From Octopus sinensis (Eukaryota): 64,000 bases of DNA. The position numbers and the translations under genes were made by a program. Below, piece by piece: positions 24,075-37,702 of the stretch (positions are counted from its first letter, which is position 1; each line of letters begins with the position of its first letter). The stretch covers positions 434,001 through 498,000 of the forward strand of contig NC_043012.1 in NCBI RefSeq assembly GCF_006345805.1. Direction: 5' to 3'. The notes beneath the pieces were generated by a model, which searched no databases, was not told the DNA's origin, and worked only from the letters and a program-made list of their open reading frames with translations.

Positions 24075-25049
24075 TCAAATTCTTGCACTAGGTTGCGGAC
24101 CTGATAGTTCAGAGAGGTCCTCCTTTATCGTCGTTGCCCAGGTCTTCAGCTGTCCGCCCGTGTGTTTGTGCCAGCTGGGAAGTGGAGGTGGGAGGAGGAC
24201 ATCGCGAATCAGCTCACCCTCTGGACGCCGGGCCGCATGACCGAACCACCTTAAGCGCCGTTGTAAAAGCACCGGAAGGAGGGTCCTGAGATTCAGGCGA
24301 TGACGAAGACCGGCTACAGGAACCCGATCAATGCGTTGGCAGCGAAGAATGCGGCGGACGCAGTCGTTGTCGAACATCTCCAGCCTTTGCTGATCAGTTA
24401 CCCTCGTAGGCCATGTTTCGCAACCATAGAGGAGGATAGTACGAATGACGGCCTGGTAAATTCGCCCTTTGGTCGCCGAGGAGATCTCTCTTCTGTCCTA
24501 CAGGCACCGCTGGAAGCACAGGAATGTGGACCCGCCAACAGCTATGCGACGCTCGACCTCGGTTGCGCCCTGGCCCGTTGGAACCACCGTTGAACCCATG
24601 TAGACGAAGGACTCTACATCCTGCAGCTCCACGCCCTCGAGAACGATTGCCTGCCATTCATCTGCTGCGACCAGAGACGTCATCACTTTGGTTTTGCCAG
24701 CATTGATCCAAAGACCGACAGCTGCTGCCGCCGCATGCACCCTTTCGAGAGCATCTTGGACATCTGCCCGGTTAGAGGCCAAGAGCGCGATGTCATCTGC
24801 ATAGGCCAGGTCCGTCACCGCGGCTCCTCTCCCAGCCTCTACGCCCGGGTAATCCCGAAGCGCAGTGTTGAGAATGTAATCGATGGAGTAATTGAATAGG
24901 GTTAGTGAGAGCGCACAACCCTTTCGAACACCGGTAGTGACATCAAATGACTCCGTCTCCCAGCCATAGACCCTCACACGAGCCCTCATTGAACGATAGT
25001 AACCCTGTATGAGGTTTAGCAGCTTCAGAGGGATACTCCCCGCCTGCAT
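24075..25049 (-). mobile_element. RTE-clade LINE RT fragment
   Basis: GVRKGCALSLTLFN, DLAYADDIALL, INAGKTKVM, RRLRWFGHAAR across frameshifted ORFs. Confidence 0.93.
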
Positions 25050-28000
25050 AATACGGCTTGTTTTAATACATTAAATTTGTACACCATTTCAAACAATCAA
25101 CCAGCTAACACTTCGTTCGGGCACATACGTATACTGAGTTCTACACTGTTTTATTAGTCCCGCAATGGTATGATATGGACTTCGTGTCTTCAGAAATACA
25201 AGAGATAAATCTCTTTAATAGCAGCTCGTCTCTCTGTGATGAAATGAGTTCACAATCTAATTACTGAAAAGTATCAAATGGTGGTCGATAAATATTAGTT
25301 GACTACATTTTGACAGTTATATCTTCTTGTTAAAGATGTATTTAACAACTGGTTTTATTGTATGAATACCCATGTGCGTGAATCTGTGTGTGTCTGTGTG
25401 TGTGACTGTGTGCTTATGTAAATCTACCAATGTGTGTTTGTGTACGAAATACGGAACCTACTTTGTGACTCTTAGATATTACATGAATCCCAAACACTCC
25501 AGTTAGCTCTCAATTAAGCATAAACTTAACGGGGAATTCAGTATATATTAAGACCAATGAAAATCTAGAATCCTTTTATTTAGATAACCGATGTGGCCCA
25601 GACGGATCTTTTTTTTTTTTTTTTTGAAAAGCCACTTTTGAAATTTGTAATATGTAAAAATAAAAGTTAAACAAATCAAATAGAACTAATAAAAGTTTGC
25701 CGGAAAAGTCGAACAAGTTCCAAACACACAGACATTCTATGGTGAGATCAGCCGTGTGTACACTTTGGTATAAGAACCTATTTAGCTAGTTGTCTTCTTA
25801 TATGGGAAGCTTTGTTTCTTCAATGAAAATTGTAAACACTGAAATTCTTATAAATAAGCTACAACGTAATTTTCGCATGTATGTGGTACATTTAACTGAA
25901 TCGTTGTAGATATAATACTGCCACTTCGTCTACTGCCCTCTAGAGATGAGTTAATCCTCCCCACCTTAACACAAAAAAAAACATAAATATAAGAATATAA
26001 TATTGACCTCCACTCACCAACACACTAAATAGCTTAGTGTTATTACTTGTTTTGTTCATGTCTCTTTTATCGTAACCTCAGCGACTTCAGTTCCTCTTTA
26101 TTATGAAGTGTGACATTTTTATTTACTAAATAAGATGGCTTTGTCTGATTTGCAATTTTCACGTTGGTTTCTTTCTAAAGTCAGTCATCTTTTTTTGTGA
26201 TGATCCCTGTACAGGATTTTGATTTTCACATTTCCACACTTGCAATATGCTTTAGCGATGGTGGATCGAAGACCTTCGAAAACCCTAAAACATTCGAATA
26301 GCGCAGATATATCTGAGACTGTAAAGGAAAAAATCCCATTCGAATATAAAGTAAAAAACCCTCTTTCGAATAAAGCTGATCATCGATATAATATAAAGAA
26401 AAACTGACGTTCCAGTTTTTTAAGTTTTTGAATTTGAAGTGTATAAAGAAAGGCTCGCGACCAAATGGTGCTGCTCGAACTGAATGAAATATATAGAAGA
26501 AAACTAAGATTCAATTAGCGCTGATCGATCTCTAATAAAAAGACAACACCACAACATTCGAATAGTGCTGATGTATGTGTGATTCTCGAAGAAAAACCTA
26601 GATTCGATTAATGCTGATTTGAGATGTTGCTGATACTGTATACAAAATGGTGAGTATCATAGCTAACGCACAAATGGCAAGTGATCACTCTCACACATTA
26701 CGAATACAAAGCTCAGCGATAAGTTCCATACACCATTTTTTGGTCTGAAATGGAATCTCACCAGATTATATACCTCCAAGCAATACCCAAGCCGACGCAC
26801 TCGATGAGATAGTCCTTGTAACACTTATCCACTTTGGCTTTAAAAAGTAGGATGATTAATGTTGGAACGTCTTTGATCATAGACCATCCCAAGAGGACGA
26901 ATCTATGGTTAACATCAAGAACAAAGTCAAGTTCAAATGCTTGATAATTTTGATCTCTTGGTAAGGCGTCGAACTGTATTATCTGAGCTTTTTACGTTCT
27001 GAGTTCAAATTCTGCCGAGGTCAAATTTGTCGTTAATCCTCTCGGGATCTATACAATAAGCATCAGTTGAAAACCGAAATCGATGTAATCGACATACCCC
27101 TTACTCCGCACTCTCTTTCTCTATGCCAAAATTTGAATCCAATTCCTTATCCTACTCCTTTAGGCTAGCTACATATATTACCTGAGCTTCGCTATTTCAT
27201 TTTACTTTGCCTCACTTAACTTCTACTTCTACCTTTAATTAATCGCAATAAATATCTATCTACAATTCTCTCCCCTGTTATTTAATCCTTTGCTAGTCCC
27301 CCACCCCACACATTATTCATTTTATTATAAGACAACGACCTGCAAGTCTTCAAACGGAACTAAGCGGCAATAACACCGATTTCAACAGTCTGGAAATATC
27401 TATAAAGGTTATGGACGCCACCACCTTCTCGTCTAACATTTTGAAGATAATTGTTTCAGACATAGCAACTGGAGGTAGTATCGGGTCAGACAGGGTAGAT
27501 GGTGTTATATGGGGGTCTTGTTTGGGCGATAACTGCCTGGGTTGTAGGAAGATTCGCGTATTGAAATTGATCATATCAACGGTAAGAGAGATTCTGCGTT
27601 GAATTATAAGATAAAGAAATTGATATAATGCATACATGCATGAAGATGTGCAGCTATGAATGTATGTATATATGTAGGTACATTACATACACATGCACGC
27701 ACACGCATATACACTCAGGTGCACAGACATACATAGAAGATTATATGTATATGATATATAGATGCAGATATAGATCTATATTTATACACATATACACCAA
27801 CACACACACACCTGTATATAAACTTATGCATACTACACGCATACTCACACAGTTTCAATATGGCTCTTCATTACACATTGTGTGTGTGTCTCTGTGTGTA
27901 TGTGTGTGTTTAAGACATGGATATGTAGATATCTATTGGAAGAGCTGTTTTGCTTAAACTAATACGCAGCGGATTTGCGAGAATACATTTTTTTTTTATG

Positions 28001-29647
28001 GAAGAACAGACGATTGAAATACGTTTGAGATGTTGGCTGCTAAACATTGTCAAGGTCAACATTAAAAACACATCCTTCAACTCTTGATGATATTTCCGTG
28101 ATAGGATTAAAAATATATCATTAATGTGAAGTTGGTGCTTTTGGTAGAATTATGCTCGTTTTAGCGCCTAGCAGCATGTTGCATTAATTAGCTCATAGTA
28201 TTCACCTGCTGGAGAATCTGTTGATGCAGTTATTAAAAAAAAACTGGTGGGTTTATTTTACAGGAACTACAGCGCTGAGTTAAAACTGTTAGAATAATGT
28301 GTAGTTTAGACGACGAACAGCGGGGCTAAACTGAGGTAATGTATACTACGTTTAGAATCAAATTAAGCTATCTACAGCGGTTAACATAACATAGCTGGAT
28401 ATACAAGAGCTTTACTGAAAGCAACGCAAAATAGCGCATAACTTTTTATTAACTGACATAGGTCACTCAAACTGCACAAGCTGGTAGAGTAATATCTTTT
28501 TCTTGTTTTTCGGGGTTTTTTTGTTTTGTTTTCTAAAGCTAATACTTAATATATTCTCCATCACAAACGATGCATTTGCCTCTTCGTTGAACCCAACATT
28601 CGAATCATATTTGACATCAATTCATGTGTTCTATATTCTTTTCTACTCTAGACACAAGGCCTGAAATTTGCGGGGAGGGAGCCAGTCGATTACATCGACC
28701 CCAGTATGCAACTGATACTTAATATATCGACCCGAAAGGATGAAAGGCAAAGCTATTTCATTGACTGGCAAGCGTTTAAATAGTTTTTAATTGATAATTA
28801 TTAGTTAATTGCAAAAGAAGCACCACTGCAAGCAAAATGTGATATTTATCCTCACTTAAGAGTAGATGTTGTGTTAGACCACAGAATACTGCATCATTTA
28901 TCATGAGATGATCTGCAATATGGACTTGTGGTGCATGTAAGCGCTCACGTTTATATCGTTAGCGCGAGATAATTATCTGCGAGGATAAATATTAATTTTT
29001 AATTAGTTTTTTTTTCTTTTTATTGAGACTCTAACGTGAATTTCACAAGCGCAACTTCGAATTCATCTAGAGTGCATGTTGGATAACATTAACTCCTCAA
29101 ATGTACTGAGGTTACAACTGATTCGAGATACATATTCTGCTATAAAATATCTCTTTTTAGTTTTTTATTCCTTAGTCTGGAGGTGTAACAGAGCCCATAA
29201 TCTCTTTCTGGTGGGAATGCGGGAGAAAGGGATCCACAGATGTGAGGTGTGGTTCAAACATTTGCAAACAGAGCAGCCTCCGCAAAAAGTACCCAAGGAT
29301 TAGCTAATAGCGTTAAACCGATTAACGGATTAAGTCTATTACCCAAATAATCCATGTTGGGATTTGAGCCGAGAACACCAACAGCCGAAATAAAAGCAAC
29401 AAGACATCCAACTCGATGTTCCGCCTATTTCACCGATGCTAAGGGATCATACTTTAAAGCAGCATTGATTTTAAAATAGGGAGATAAAAATCAAACTTCG
29501 GGGGAATTGATCTCAGAATGCTGGGATAAATAGGTACTGAAATATACTGTCGTCTAACATCCAACAATTTTTGCCTAAGGGCTGCGTTGAATAGAACTAA
29601 AGTTTGATTAATAAACGTAAAGCATGGCTATAGTTCAATGGTATTTT

Positions 29648-29706
29648 TTGATTGATTGATTCTAGTTTCAGCTCACAAGCTGTGGCCATGCTGGGGCACC
29701 GCCATT
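29648..29706 (-). mobile_element. Tail-only copy of the CR1-group LINE at 16635-16963
   Basis: Reverse complement reads atggcggtgccccagcatggccacagcttgtgagctgaaactagaatcaatcaatc. Confidence 0.85.
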
Positions 29707-30522
29707 ATGACGGAGAAGATAAAAGATCATGCGCCAGAGCTAACCAATGTGCTGTGTAACTAAGACGAAAATACAATGATTTCGTTTGAAATACGTAGCA
29801 AAACTTACAAATCAATTAACTGTGGAGATTTCCAATGTAACACGATATTTGAAATTATAGAAAACCGATTCAAGGTAGAAAAGAGAAAAAGACCTACTTT
29901 TGGGACATTTGACCGATTTGTCAAATTTCAGACAGTCAAGTGAATAAATTTCAGACAGAAACATTTTATTTATTTCTTTTAGTGTGCTATTTTATTTTTT
30001 ATTTTATTCCTTCTTTTTTTTCATTTATATTACAGTTTTTTTATGCTTTGTTTTCATATAAGTTACATCATTTTAGCTCATTTTTTTCCTAGCTTCACTC
30101 ATACTGTTATGGTTATTTGGCATTCAAAAATTATCTTGAACAAATAATACATATAAAAAAAAGGTGTTAATAAAGATTTATTGCAATATATTTTATGATT
30201 TTGACAAAAGTAAATTTATATGACACTGGGGATATAAAATTTGAATTTTCTCAAAAGTGGAAAAAAAAATGACATCTAGGTTAGAAAATTAAGCGTAAAA
30301 ACCTTTTGTGCCACGTATAGTAATCGTTTCTTTATTTGTCTTTTAAAAAATAAAGTTAAAGCTGTGATGATTTAATATAATCGCACACATGTATGTCTGT
30401 ATGTATTCATGCATGCAGGAATGTATGCATGTATGTGCATGTGTGTATATATGTGTGAATTCACATATGTGCATATATCTATTTTCCTTATAGAAACTAA
30501 CATGCATAAACAAAATAAAATA

Positions 30523-30588
<66 letters not shown>

Positions 30589-30796
30589 CCTTTCTACTGT
30601 AGGCACAAGGCCTGACATTTAGGGGCAGTGATTTCATCAACCCCCTAGTGTTTTGCTAGTACTTAATTTATCGACCCCCAAAAGGATGAAAAGCAAAGTC
30701 AGCCTCGGCCGAATTTGAACTCAGAACGTAGCGACAGACGAAATAACGCTAAGCATTTCGCCCGGCGTGCTAACGATTCTGCCAGTTCACCACCTT
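30589..30796 (-). mobile_element. SINE family C embedded in (AAT)n
   Basis: Full C head-to-tail on the minus strand, with AAT arrays at 30522-30588 and 30797-31050. Confidence 0.9.
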
Positions 30797-30868
30797 AATA
30801 ATAATAATGATAATAATAATAATAAATAATAATAATGAAAAATAATGATAATAATCATGATAATAATG

Positions 30869-30956
<88 letters not shown>

Positions 30957-30987
30957 TGATGATGATAATAATAATAATAATAATAAC

Positions 30988-31024
<37 letters not shown>

Positions 31025-31049
31025 TAATAATAATAATAATAATAATAAT

Positions 31050-31980
31050 GATGATCTTGATGATATGAACATCTGGTCATTGGGTCGAAAGAGTGTTGGA
31101 GTGAGAGAAATATAAAATTTTGTAGGCTGTTCCTTTTCCTGTTGAAAGCTAGAAAATAATAAACTAGACATAACAATAACAGACAAGGAAATGAGAAGTT
31201 GCTTAACAATTGATCCATCGCGTTCGTTTCATTCCAGAATCTTAAACAAAAGCAAAATACAATCCTTTGAACATTTAAAATTGCAAGATTTCGGAATATG
31301 AAAAATTGTAAAGGTTGTGCCTATAATAGTTGGTGCATTGGGATCTGTAAGCAATGACATGGTTGAAGGAGAATGGTTGAAGAAGATTGGAATAGAATGT
31401 TCTCTTTACTCTTTTACTTGTTTCAGTCATTTGAGTGCGGCCATGCTGGAGCACCGCCTTTAATCGAGCAACTCGACCCCGGGACTTATTCTTTTGTAAG
31501 CCCAGTACTTATTCTATTGGTCTCTTTTGCCGAACCGCTAAGTGACGGGGACATAAACACACCAGCATCGGTTGTCAAGCAATGCTAGGGAGACAAACAC
31601 AAACATACACGCACACACATATATACATATATATACATATATACGACAGGCTTCTTTCAGTTTCCGTCTACCAAATCCACTCACAAGGCTTTGGTCGGCC
31701 CGAGGTTATAGCAGAAGACACTTGCCCAAGGTGCCACGCAGTCGGACTGAACCCGGAACAATGTGGTTGGTAAACAAGCTACTTACCACACAGCCACTCC
31801 TGCGCCTAGAACTTCTGCAGAAATTTTGCTTCTTAGGGACAAGAAAGAATATCAGGAGTGTTCTAAGCACTTGGAAGACTATTAAAAGCTAGTGGATACT
31901 TAAGGTTATAGGTTTCCGCTACCCACATAAAATTTACCAGGAATACGACCGAACCTGAGTCAAATCAGTAATAAGAATAA
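31050..31980 (+). mobile_element. Dong/R4-like RLE C-terminus, decayed and split by a SINE A
   Basis: VKVVPIIVGALGSV before the SINE and ELLQKFCFLGTRKNIRSVL after it. AAT repeats on both sides. Confidence 0.7.
31400..31807 (-). mobile_element. SINE family A, full length
   Basis: Similarity to the other A copies. Confidence 0.94.
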
Positions 31981-32374
31981 TGGTTTCAAATTTTAGTACA
32001 AGGTCAGCAGTTTTGTTGGTAGGCGTAAGTCGAAATCATTGACCCCCGTGTCTAACTTGTACTTATCGACCTCGAAACGATGATATACGCATACATACAT
32101 GATAATTACATATCTGTTATATAAAATCCGTTCCGTGTGTGTATGTGTGCGTGTGTGTATGTGTGTGTATGTGTGCGTGTGTGTATGTGTGCGTGTGTGT
32201 ATGTGTGTGTGTGTGTGTGTGTGCGCGTGCGTGTGTGTGTGTGTGTGTCTTCTCGTATCTCGAGCATCCTCCATCCGATTGCGCTCAAATTTGATATGTA
32301 GATACCGACGGTATCAGGGCTTGTATAAGTTTTGAAAAAATTACAAAAATCGATTCCAGGTATGAATGCGATCG

Positions 32375-32630
32375 ATAAAGCAAGATGGGCTGGACGCGTC
32401 GTCCGGCTCACCGATAATCGGTGGACCCGCGCAGCTGTCGAGTGGTACCCGCACGAGCAGAAACGACCACTCGGAAGGCCTCCACAACGGTGGAGTTACG
32501 ATTTCAGGAGGACGATTGGGATCACGTGGATGAGAAAGGCGCGATTCAGAGAGGAGTGGACAGCGTGCTGTGACCAGCGGTGTTAAATGGACGCCCGACG
32601 GACTGGTTGGTCAAGATGATCAAAGTGATA
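32375..32630 (+). mobile_element. RTE-clade LINE 3' end
   Basis: RWAGRVVRLTDNRWT…EWYP…KRPLGRPPQRW. Confidence 0.85.
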
Positions 32631-33954
32631 TCTAATTTATCAGAAAATCCATTACTATTCATTTGTTAAAAGATAGAAGACTGCATTTGTATGCATATCT
32701 AAATATAAACAAATACACATATGCAGATACGAGCACTCACATGCACACACGTGCACATTCACTTCCACACACTTCCACACAACACACATACGCGAGCGCG
32801 TGCGCACAAACACAAACGCGCGCACGCATTTTTGTTCGTCTCTAAAATTAAACTATTATATACATTCACGTGTAAATATCTGTGGGATACGGTTTGCTTC
32901 TTTATTCCATGAGCATATTTGATCTAGCAAATCAATTATAAAAACGATCATCTATTTTCTTTCTTTCTTTCTTTTTTTTTATATATCCAGAATTGTAGAA
33001 ATATCGAACGCGTCCTTCCTATTCCTTAAGACCACTGGGTAGCATCTAACTGGGATTTAGCTACTATTTCTAGATAGACAATCTACCTCTTAGAGGCTTT
33101 CTGCAGCGGGCTTCCAAAATATCGCTTGCATAGATCATACGAACACTTCAAGCTACGTAAGCCAAGAAATTACGTAGTGGGTGGTTTATGTTCTTATTTC
33201 AATGATTCTCGGTAAATTTATTGAATTTTTAATGAAATTACGTCTTGATATGAACGAGAAATATTTGGTTGGACATAAATCGCCGTTATTTCATTAGTTT
33301 AATAACAACATAAAAATTAAAAAGAGAGATTCAAAGAATATGAAAATAAACATGATAAGTCTGTCAGACCTATAGTTGATATTACAATAAATCTTAAACT
33401 CAACATATCAGCCAAATATGGAACAGGAATAATTGCTATGATACCCACGGTAGTACATACTTAAAACTACTAAATAACATCAAATACCGCTATCTTAATA
33501 GAAGATAACAGTATTGAACAAATCATCATTGCTCTTTCATTACCTATCTGTAATCAACGAATATTGCGCCTTCATTTATTGAAATTTTTAATGAATGACT
33601 TAATAAAACTCAAATGTTTATTTGTTTGCATGGCTGCTGCTACGCACTCAACGATCGTACGTAAACGCTAAAATCGAGGACGTCACAAACAACTGCTCAC
33701 AACTTCTTACTTCAATGAGAAACACGAATAATCAGTAATAAACAGAGCAAGTAATGTTACTCCGAGAACAAAGAAGAGTAGTGAAGAGGAGAACAAGGAT
33801 GGGTGGAGGCTTAGTCCAGAGGTTCGTATTGTCATATGACATGTCTCATAATTTGCCATGAAACAGCAACTTTTCTCTAGCAAAAGATTTAATTTGTGTT
33901 AGGCATGATCATATCATACTCTCTATCATACTTTGTATTATGCATTATAAGTGA

Positions 33955-34255
33955 AGGCGTATGATTGAGGTAGTTCTTAGAGTATTCAGCCCACGATAGT
34001 GAGCTTTTTACATCTATTCCCGGCAGGGAGTTCTGCCCTTAGGCAAGACAATTTATGCCACGACGCTCCAGCTGGCAAAAATGTGATATACCTGTATTTC
34101 AAAGCCTTGTCACATTGTCACACCGAATCTCCCTGGCATCTATCTTAAGGGCAAGTGTGTCTGTGGAGTGCTCAGTGGAGTTAATTTCACGAGCAGACTC
34201 TTCCGTTGACTGGATCAACTTGAATCTTCGTCATCTTAGCCGACGGTGTGCCAAT
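33955..34255 (+). mobile_element. Old SINE related to family B
   Basis: 3' half cctgtatttcaaagccttgtcac…gtgtctgtggagtgctcag…ttaatttcacgagcag…ccgacggtgtgcc. Confidence 0.7.
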
Positions 34256-34639
34256 CTTACACGATCATAAAAACATAGATTTCCTGTTTGCAAGTTATTA
34301 TTTTTTGGCAATATTTTGAAGTTGGTATAATGAGAATAATGGCTTCAGAATATTGTAGGAAAGTATTAGAGAAGTAAATTTAAGAAAAGAAGAAAAGAAA
34401 GCATATTTCAGTGTTGGGATAAGGCACTGCAGATTCTAGGGTTGTAAGAGGTATCCTTATCTCTTTCGTTGATCACATATTCAGAAGCTAATCCCTTGTT
34501 TATGGATGGCAAAAGTGTATAATTCCAAGTAACAAGTGTTGCATCAGTTACACGTTCAGGAGAATCTGCTATTCTTGTCAATGTTGTCCATATTCTATGA
34601 TGTATGTGATATGTAACCATGTACGAATGAATACATGCC

Positions 34640-34957
34640 ATCTTCTGTTTGAATTATATAAATTCTTCCTCTGAAGAAGGATCTGGGTTCTAACAAAGGT
34701 ACGGAGTTCCATCATTGGAATGTAGATAACGAAAACATTGTCACATTTTAAATTTGAGAAAAGTCTTGCTTATGTTTAGTGTATCGCATTCAGATTATAT
34801 TTGTAATATGCGAATCAGTTGGTTGATTTCTGTTTCTGAAAGCTCAATCTTATCCAAACTATCAGTTAGGATATTATTCACAAAATCAAGTACACAAATT
34901 GTTATTGGGATAAATGTGAATTTATAATCTGGATATAGTATCTGGAGCCTTTGAAGT
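34640..34957 (-). mobile_element. 5'-truncated RLE non-LTR retrotransposon (R4-like), copy 1, adjoining (CATA)n
   Basis: LQRLQILYPDYKFTFIPITI…LIRILQI…SKTFLKF, plus a 3' UTR related to 35467-35550. Confidence 0.75.
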
Positions 34958-34959
34958 GG

Positions 34960-35455
34960 TGTATGTATGATTGTATGTATGTATTTATGTATGTATGTAT
35001 GTATGTATGTATGTATGTATGTATGCGTGTGTATGTATGTATGTATGTATGTATGCATGTATGTATGTATGCATGTATGTATGTATGTATGTATGTATGT
35101 ATGTATGCATGTATGTATGCATGTATGTATGCATGTATGTATGCATGTATGTATGCATGTATGTATGCATGTATGTATGTATGTATGTATGTATGTATGC
35201 ATGTATGTATGTATGCGTGTGTATGTATGTATGTATGCATGTATGTATGTATGTATGCATGTATGTATGTATGAGTGTGTATGTAAGTATGTATGCATGT
35301 GTGTATGCGTGTGTATGTATGTATGCGTGTGTGTATGCATGCATGTATGTATTTATGCGTGTGTATGTATATATATGCGTGTGTATGTATGTATGCGTGT
35401 GTGCATGTATGTATGTATGTATGTATGTATGTATGTATGTATGCATGTATGTGTG
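34960..35455. repeat. (TATG)n microsatellite
   Basis: Direct reading. Confidence 0.97.
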
Positions 35456-35464
35456 ATTGTATGG

Positions 35465-36247
35465 CATTATTCATTTTATTTCAAGATTTCTTGCCAATAG
35501 AGAAACAACTGGATTCTAACCTACATCCAAAGCTCCTTCGTTGGAATTTCAGCATCAACAACAGGATATTTTTGTTTGTATTTATGTATGTATATGTGCA
35601 TATTTTTATTTTTGTGTTTTACGTATGTCTTCTCATGCATATACTTGCCAACCTAGACATGCTCATGGAAGCACTCCGTCGGTTACGACGACGAGGGTTC
35701 CGGTTGATCCGAATCAACGGAACAGGCTGCTCGTGAAATTAACGTGGAAGTGGCTGAACACTCCACAGACACGTGTACCCTTAACGTAGTTCTCGGGGAT
35801 ATTCAGCGTGACACAGAGAGTGACAAGGCCGGTCCTTTGAAATACAGGTACAACAGGAACAGGAAGTAAGAGTGAGAGAAAGTTTGTGGTGAAAGAGTAC
35901 AGCAGGGAATCGAAACCGCGATCCTATGACCGCGAGTCCGCTGCCCTAACCACTGGGCCATTGCGCCTCCACTAGACATGCTCATATATACTTCAATGAT
36001 AACCTTCTGGAAAGTATTACAGATCTTTACAGTTCCAGTGCTGGATTGGATCAGTAGTCTTCGAATCAACTTTCTCCTTTCTAGTTTTGAGAAGCCTAAT
36101 ATCTCAAGATTGATATTTAGGTAGTGTTACATATCCCAGTGCCCCCAATAATTACAGGTATAAACCTGAACATGTAATCTGGATAGAGTAACTGCAAATT
36201 TTTCAATAGTTCAGCGTAGGTATTCTCGTTTTCACTGATCTTTATCT
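35465..36247 (-). mobile_element. 5'-truncated RLE non-LTR retrotransposon (R4-like), copy 2, inside (CATA)n
   Basis: ENTYAELLKNLQLLYPDYMFRFIPVIIG…LIRRLLIQSSTGTVKICNTF. The 3' UTR ends aaataaaatgaataa, then (CATA)n. Confidence 0.8.
35667..35970 (-). mobile_element. SINE family B with ~75-bp internal deletion
   Basis: 14-bp TSD ctagacatgctcat at 35653-35666 and 35972-35985. Deletion joins agcaggga to atcgaaacc. Confidence 0.93.
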
Positions 36248-36279
<32 letters not shown>

Positions 36280-36525
36280 TGTATGTATGTATGTATGTAC
36301 GTATGTATATATGTATGTATGTATGCATGTATGTATGTATGTATGTATGTACGTATGTATGTATGTACGTATGTATGTATGTGCGTATGTATGTATGTAT
36401 GTGTATGTATGTATGTATGTATGTATGTATGTATGTATGTGCGTATGTATGTATGTATGTATGTATGTGCGTATGTATGTATGTATGTATGTATGTATGT
36501 ATGTATGTATGTATGTGTGTGTGTG
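36248..36525. repeat. (TATG)n microsatellite
   Basis: Direct reading. Confidence 0.97.
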
Positions 36526-37318
36526 TCTGGAAGGGTGGATATATGGATGAATTAATGAATATATGTATGGCTGTTTCTCGTATGGAGATTTCTCTTTCAC
36601 GTGTTTATCTTCATTTTGATTCGCTTTCTTCTAGGATTTGTCATTCATGTGCAACTTTCTCAGTTCTACACTGAATACTTTCTATGGATTCTAACTGAAA
36701 AGCGTGACAAAACATACTCACTTAAAAACCATAAGTTAATAGTTAACAAACCAAGCAGATCAGTTGATAGGAACATTTTTCACGCTTTTTACTCTTAACT
36801 AGGCTAATAATACAATCGGCAATATTAATAATTCATTAAATAAAACAAGCAATCCCTTTCACTGATTAGAGATCAAAGAAATTATTTTAAGCTTAACAAA
36901 ATCCGTGCTCCTTAAAATATATTAAAATATCAGTTATTGGTATCTGAAAATGCGATGGCGTATTTCGCCATTATTTCTCAATAATGTAGATATTAAGAAA
37001 CTTGAATTAAGTGTCAAAATAATTTGTTAATGAGAATCCCAGACAATACGATTTAAGGTAGATATTTAATTGCCTGTCCTGATTTTTCTTCGTATGGGAA
37101 AAATGAAATAAAATTTACGAAGAATGTTTTTTTTTTTCTATTCGACACAAGCAGCATGTTGGCTTCAACTTTTGCATGCGCAAACTGCCCCCACATAAAA
37201 AAAAACATTCAAACGAAAACAAGTACATATTTACGAACAGTAAACTGATTCAATTTTGAGTACGACACATCCAGTAAGCAATAATTATTTTAGAAACCTA
37301 ACATTATTTTGAGCATTG

Positions 37319-37702
37319 GGGAAGCACTCCGTCGGTTACGACGACGAGGGTTCCGGTTGATCCGAATCAACGGAACAGCCTGCTCGTGAAATTAACGTGT
37401 AAGTGGCTGAGCACTCCACAGACACGTGTACCCTTAACGTAGTTCTCGGGGATATACAGCGTGACACAAAGAGTGAGAAGGCCGGCCCTTTTGAAATACA
37501 GGTACAACAGAAACAGGAAGTAAGAGCGAGAGAAAGTTGTGGTGAAAGAGTACAGCAGGGATCACCACCATCCCCTGCCGGAGCATCGTGGAGCTTTAGG
37601 TGTTTTCGCTCAATAAACACTCACAACACCCGGTCTGGGAATCGAAACCGCGATCCTATGACCGCGAGTCCTCTGCCCTAACCACTGGGCCATTGCGCCT
37701 CA
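37319..37702 (-). mobile_element. SINE family B, full length
   Basis: 14-bp TSD tattttgagcattg. Confidence 0.95.

Noticed and set aside
29160-29303. Plus-strand exon SGGVTEPIISFWWECGRKGSTD after ttccttag
   Set aside because: Weak donor and no recognisable homology, so it cannot be supported from sequence alone.
32112-32365. Helitron/Helentron-like fragment
   Set aside because: 5' TC and internal motif are suggestive, but the 3' end is missing.
34795-36674. MYVC/HTYI repeat proteins
   Set aside because: (TATG)n artefacts. Only the short RLE segments are real coding relics.
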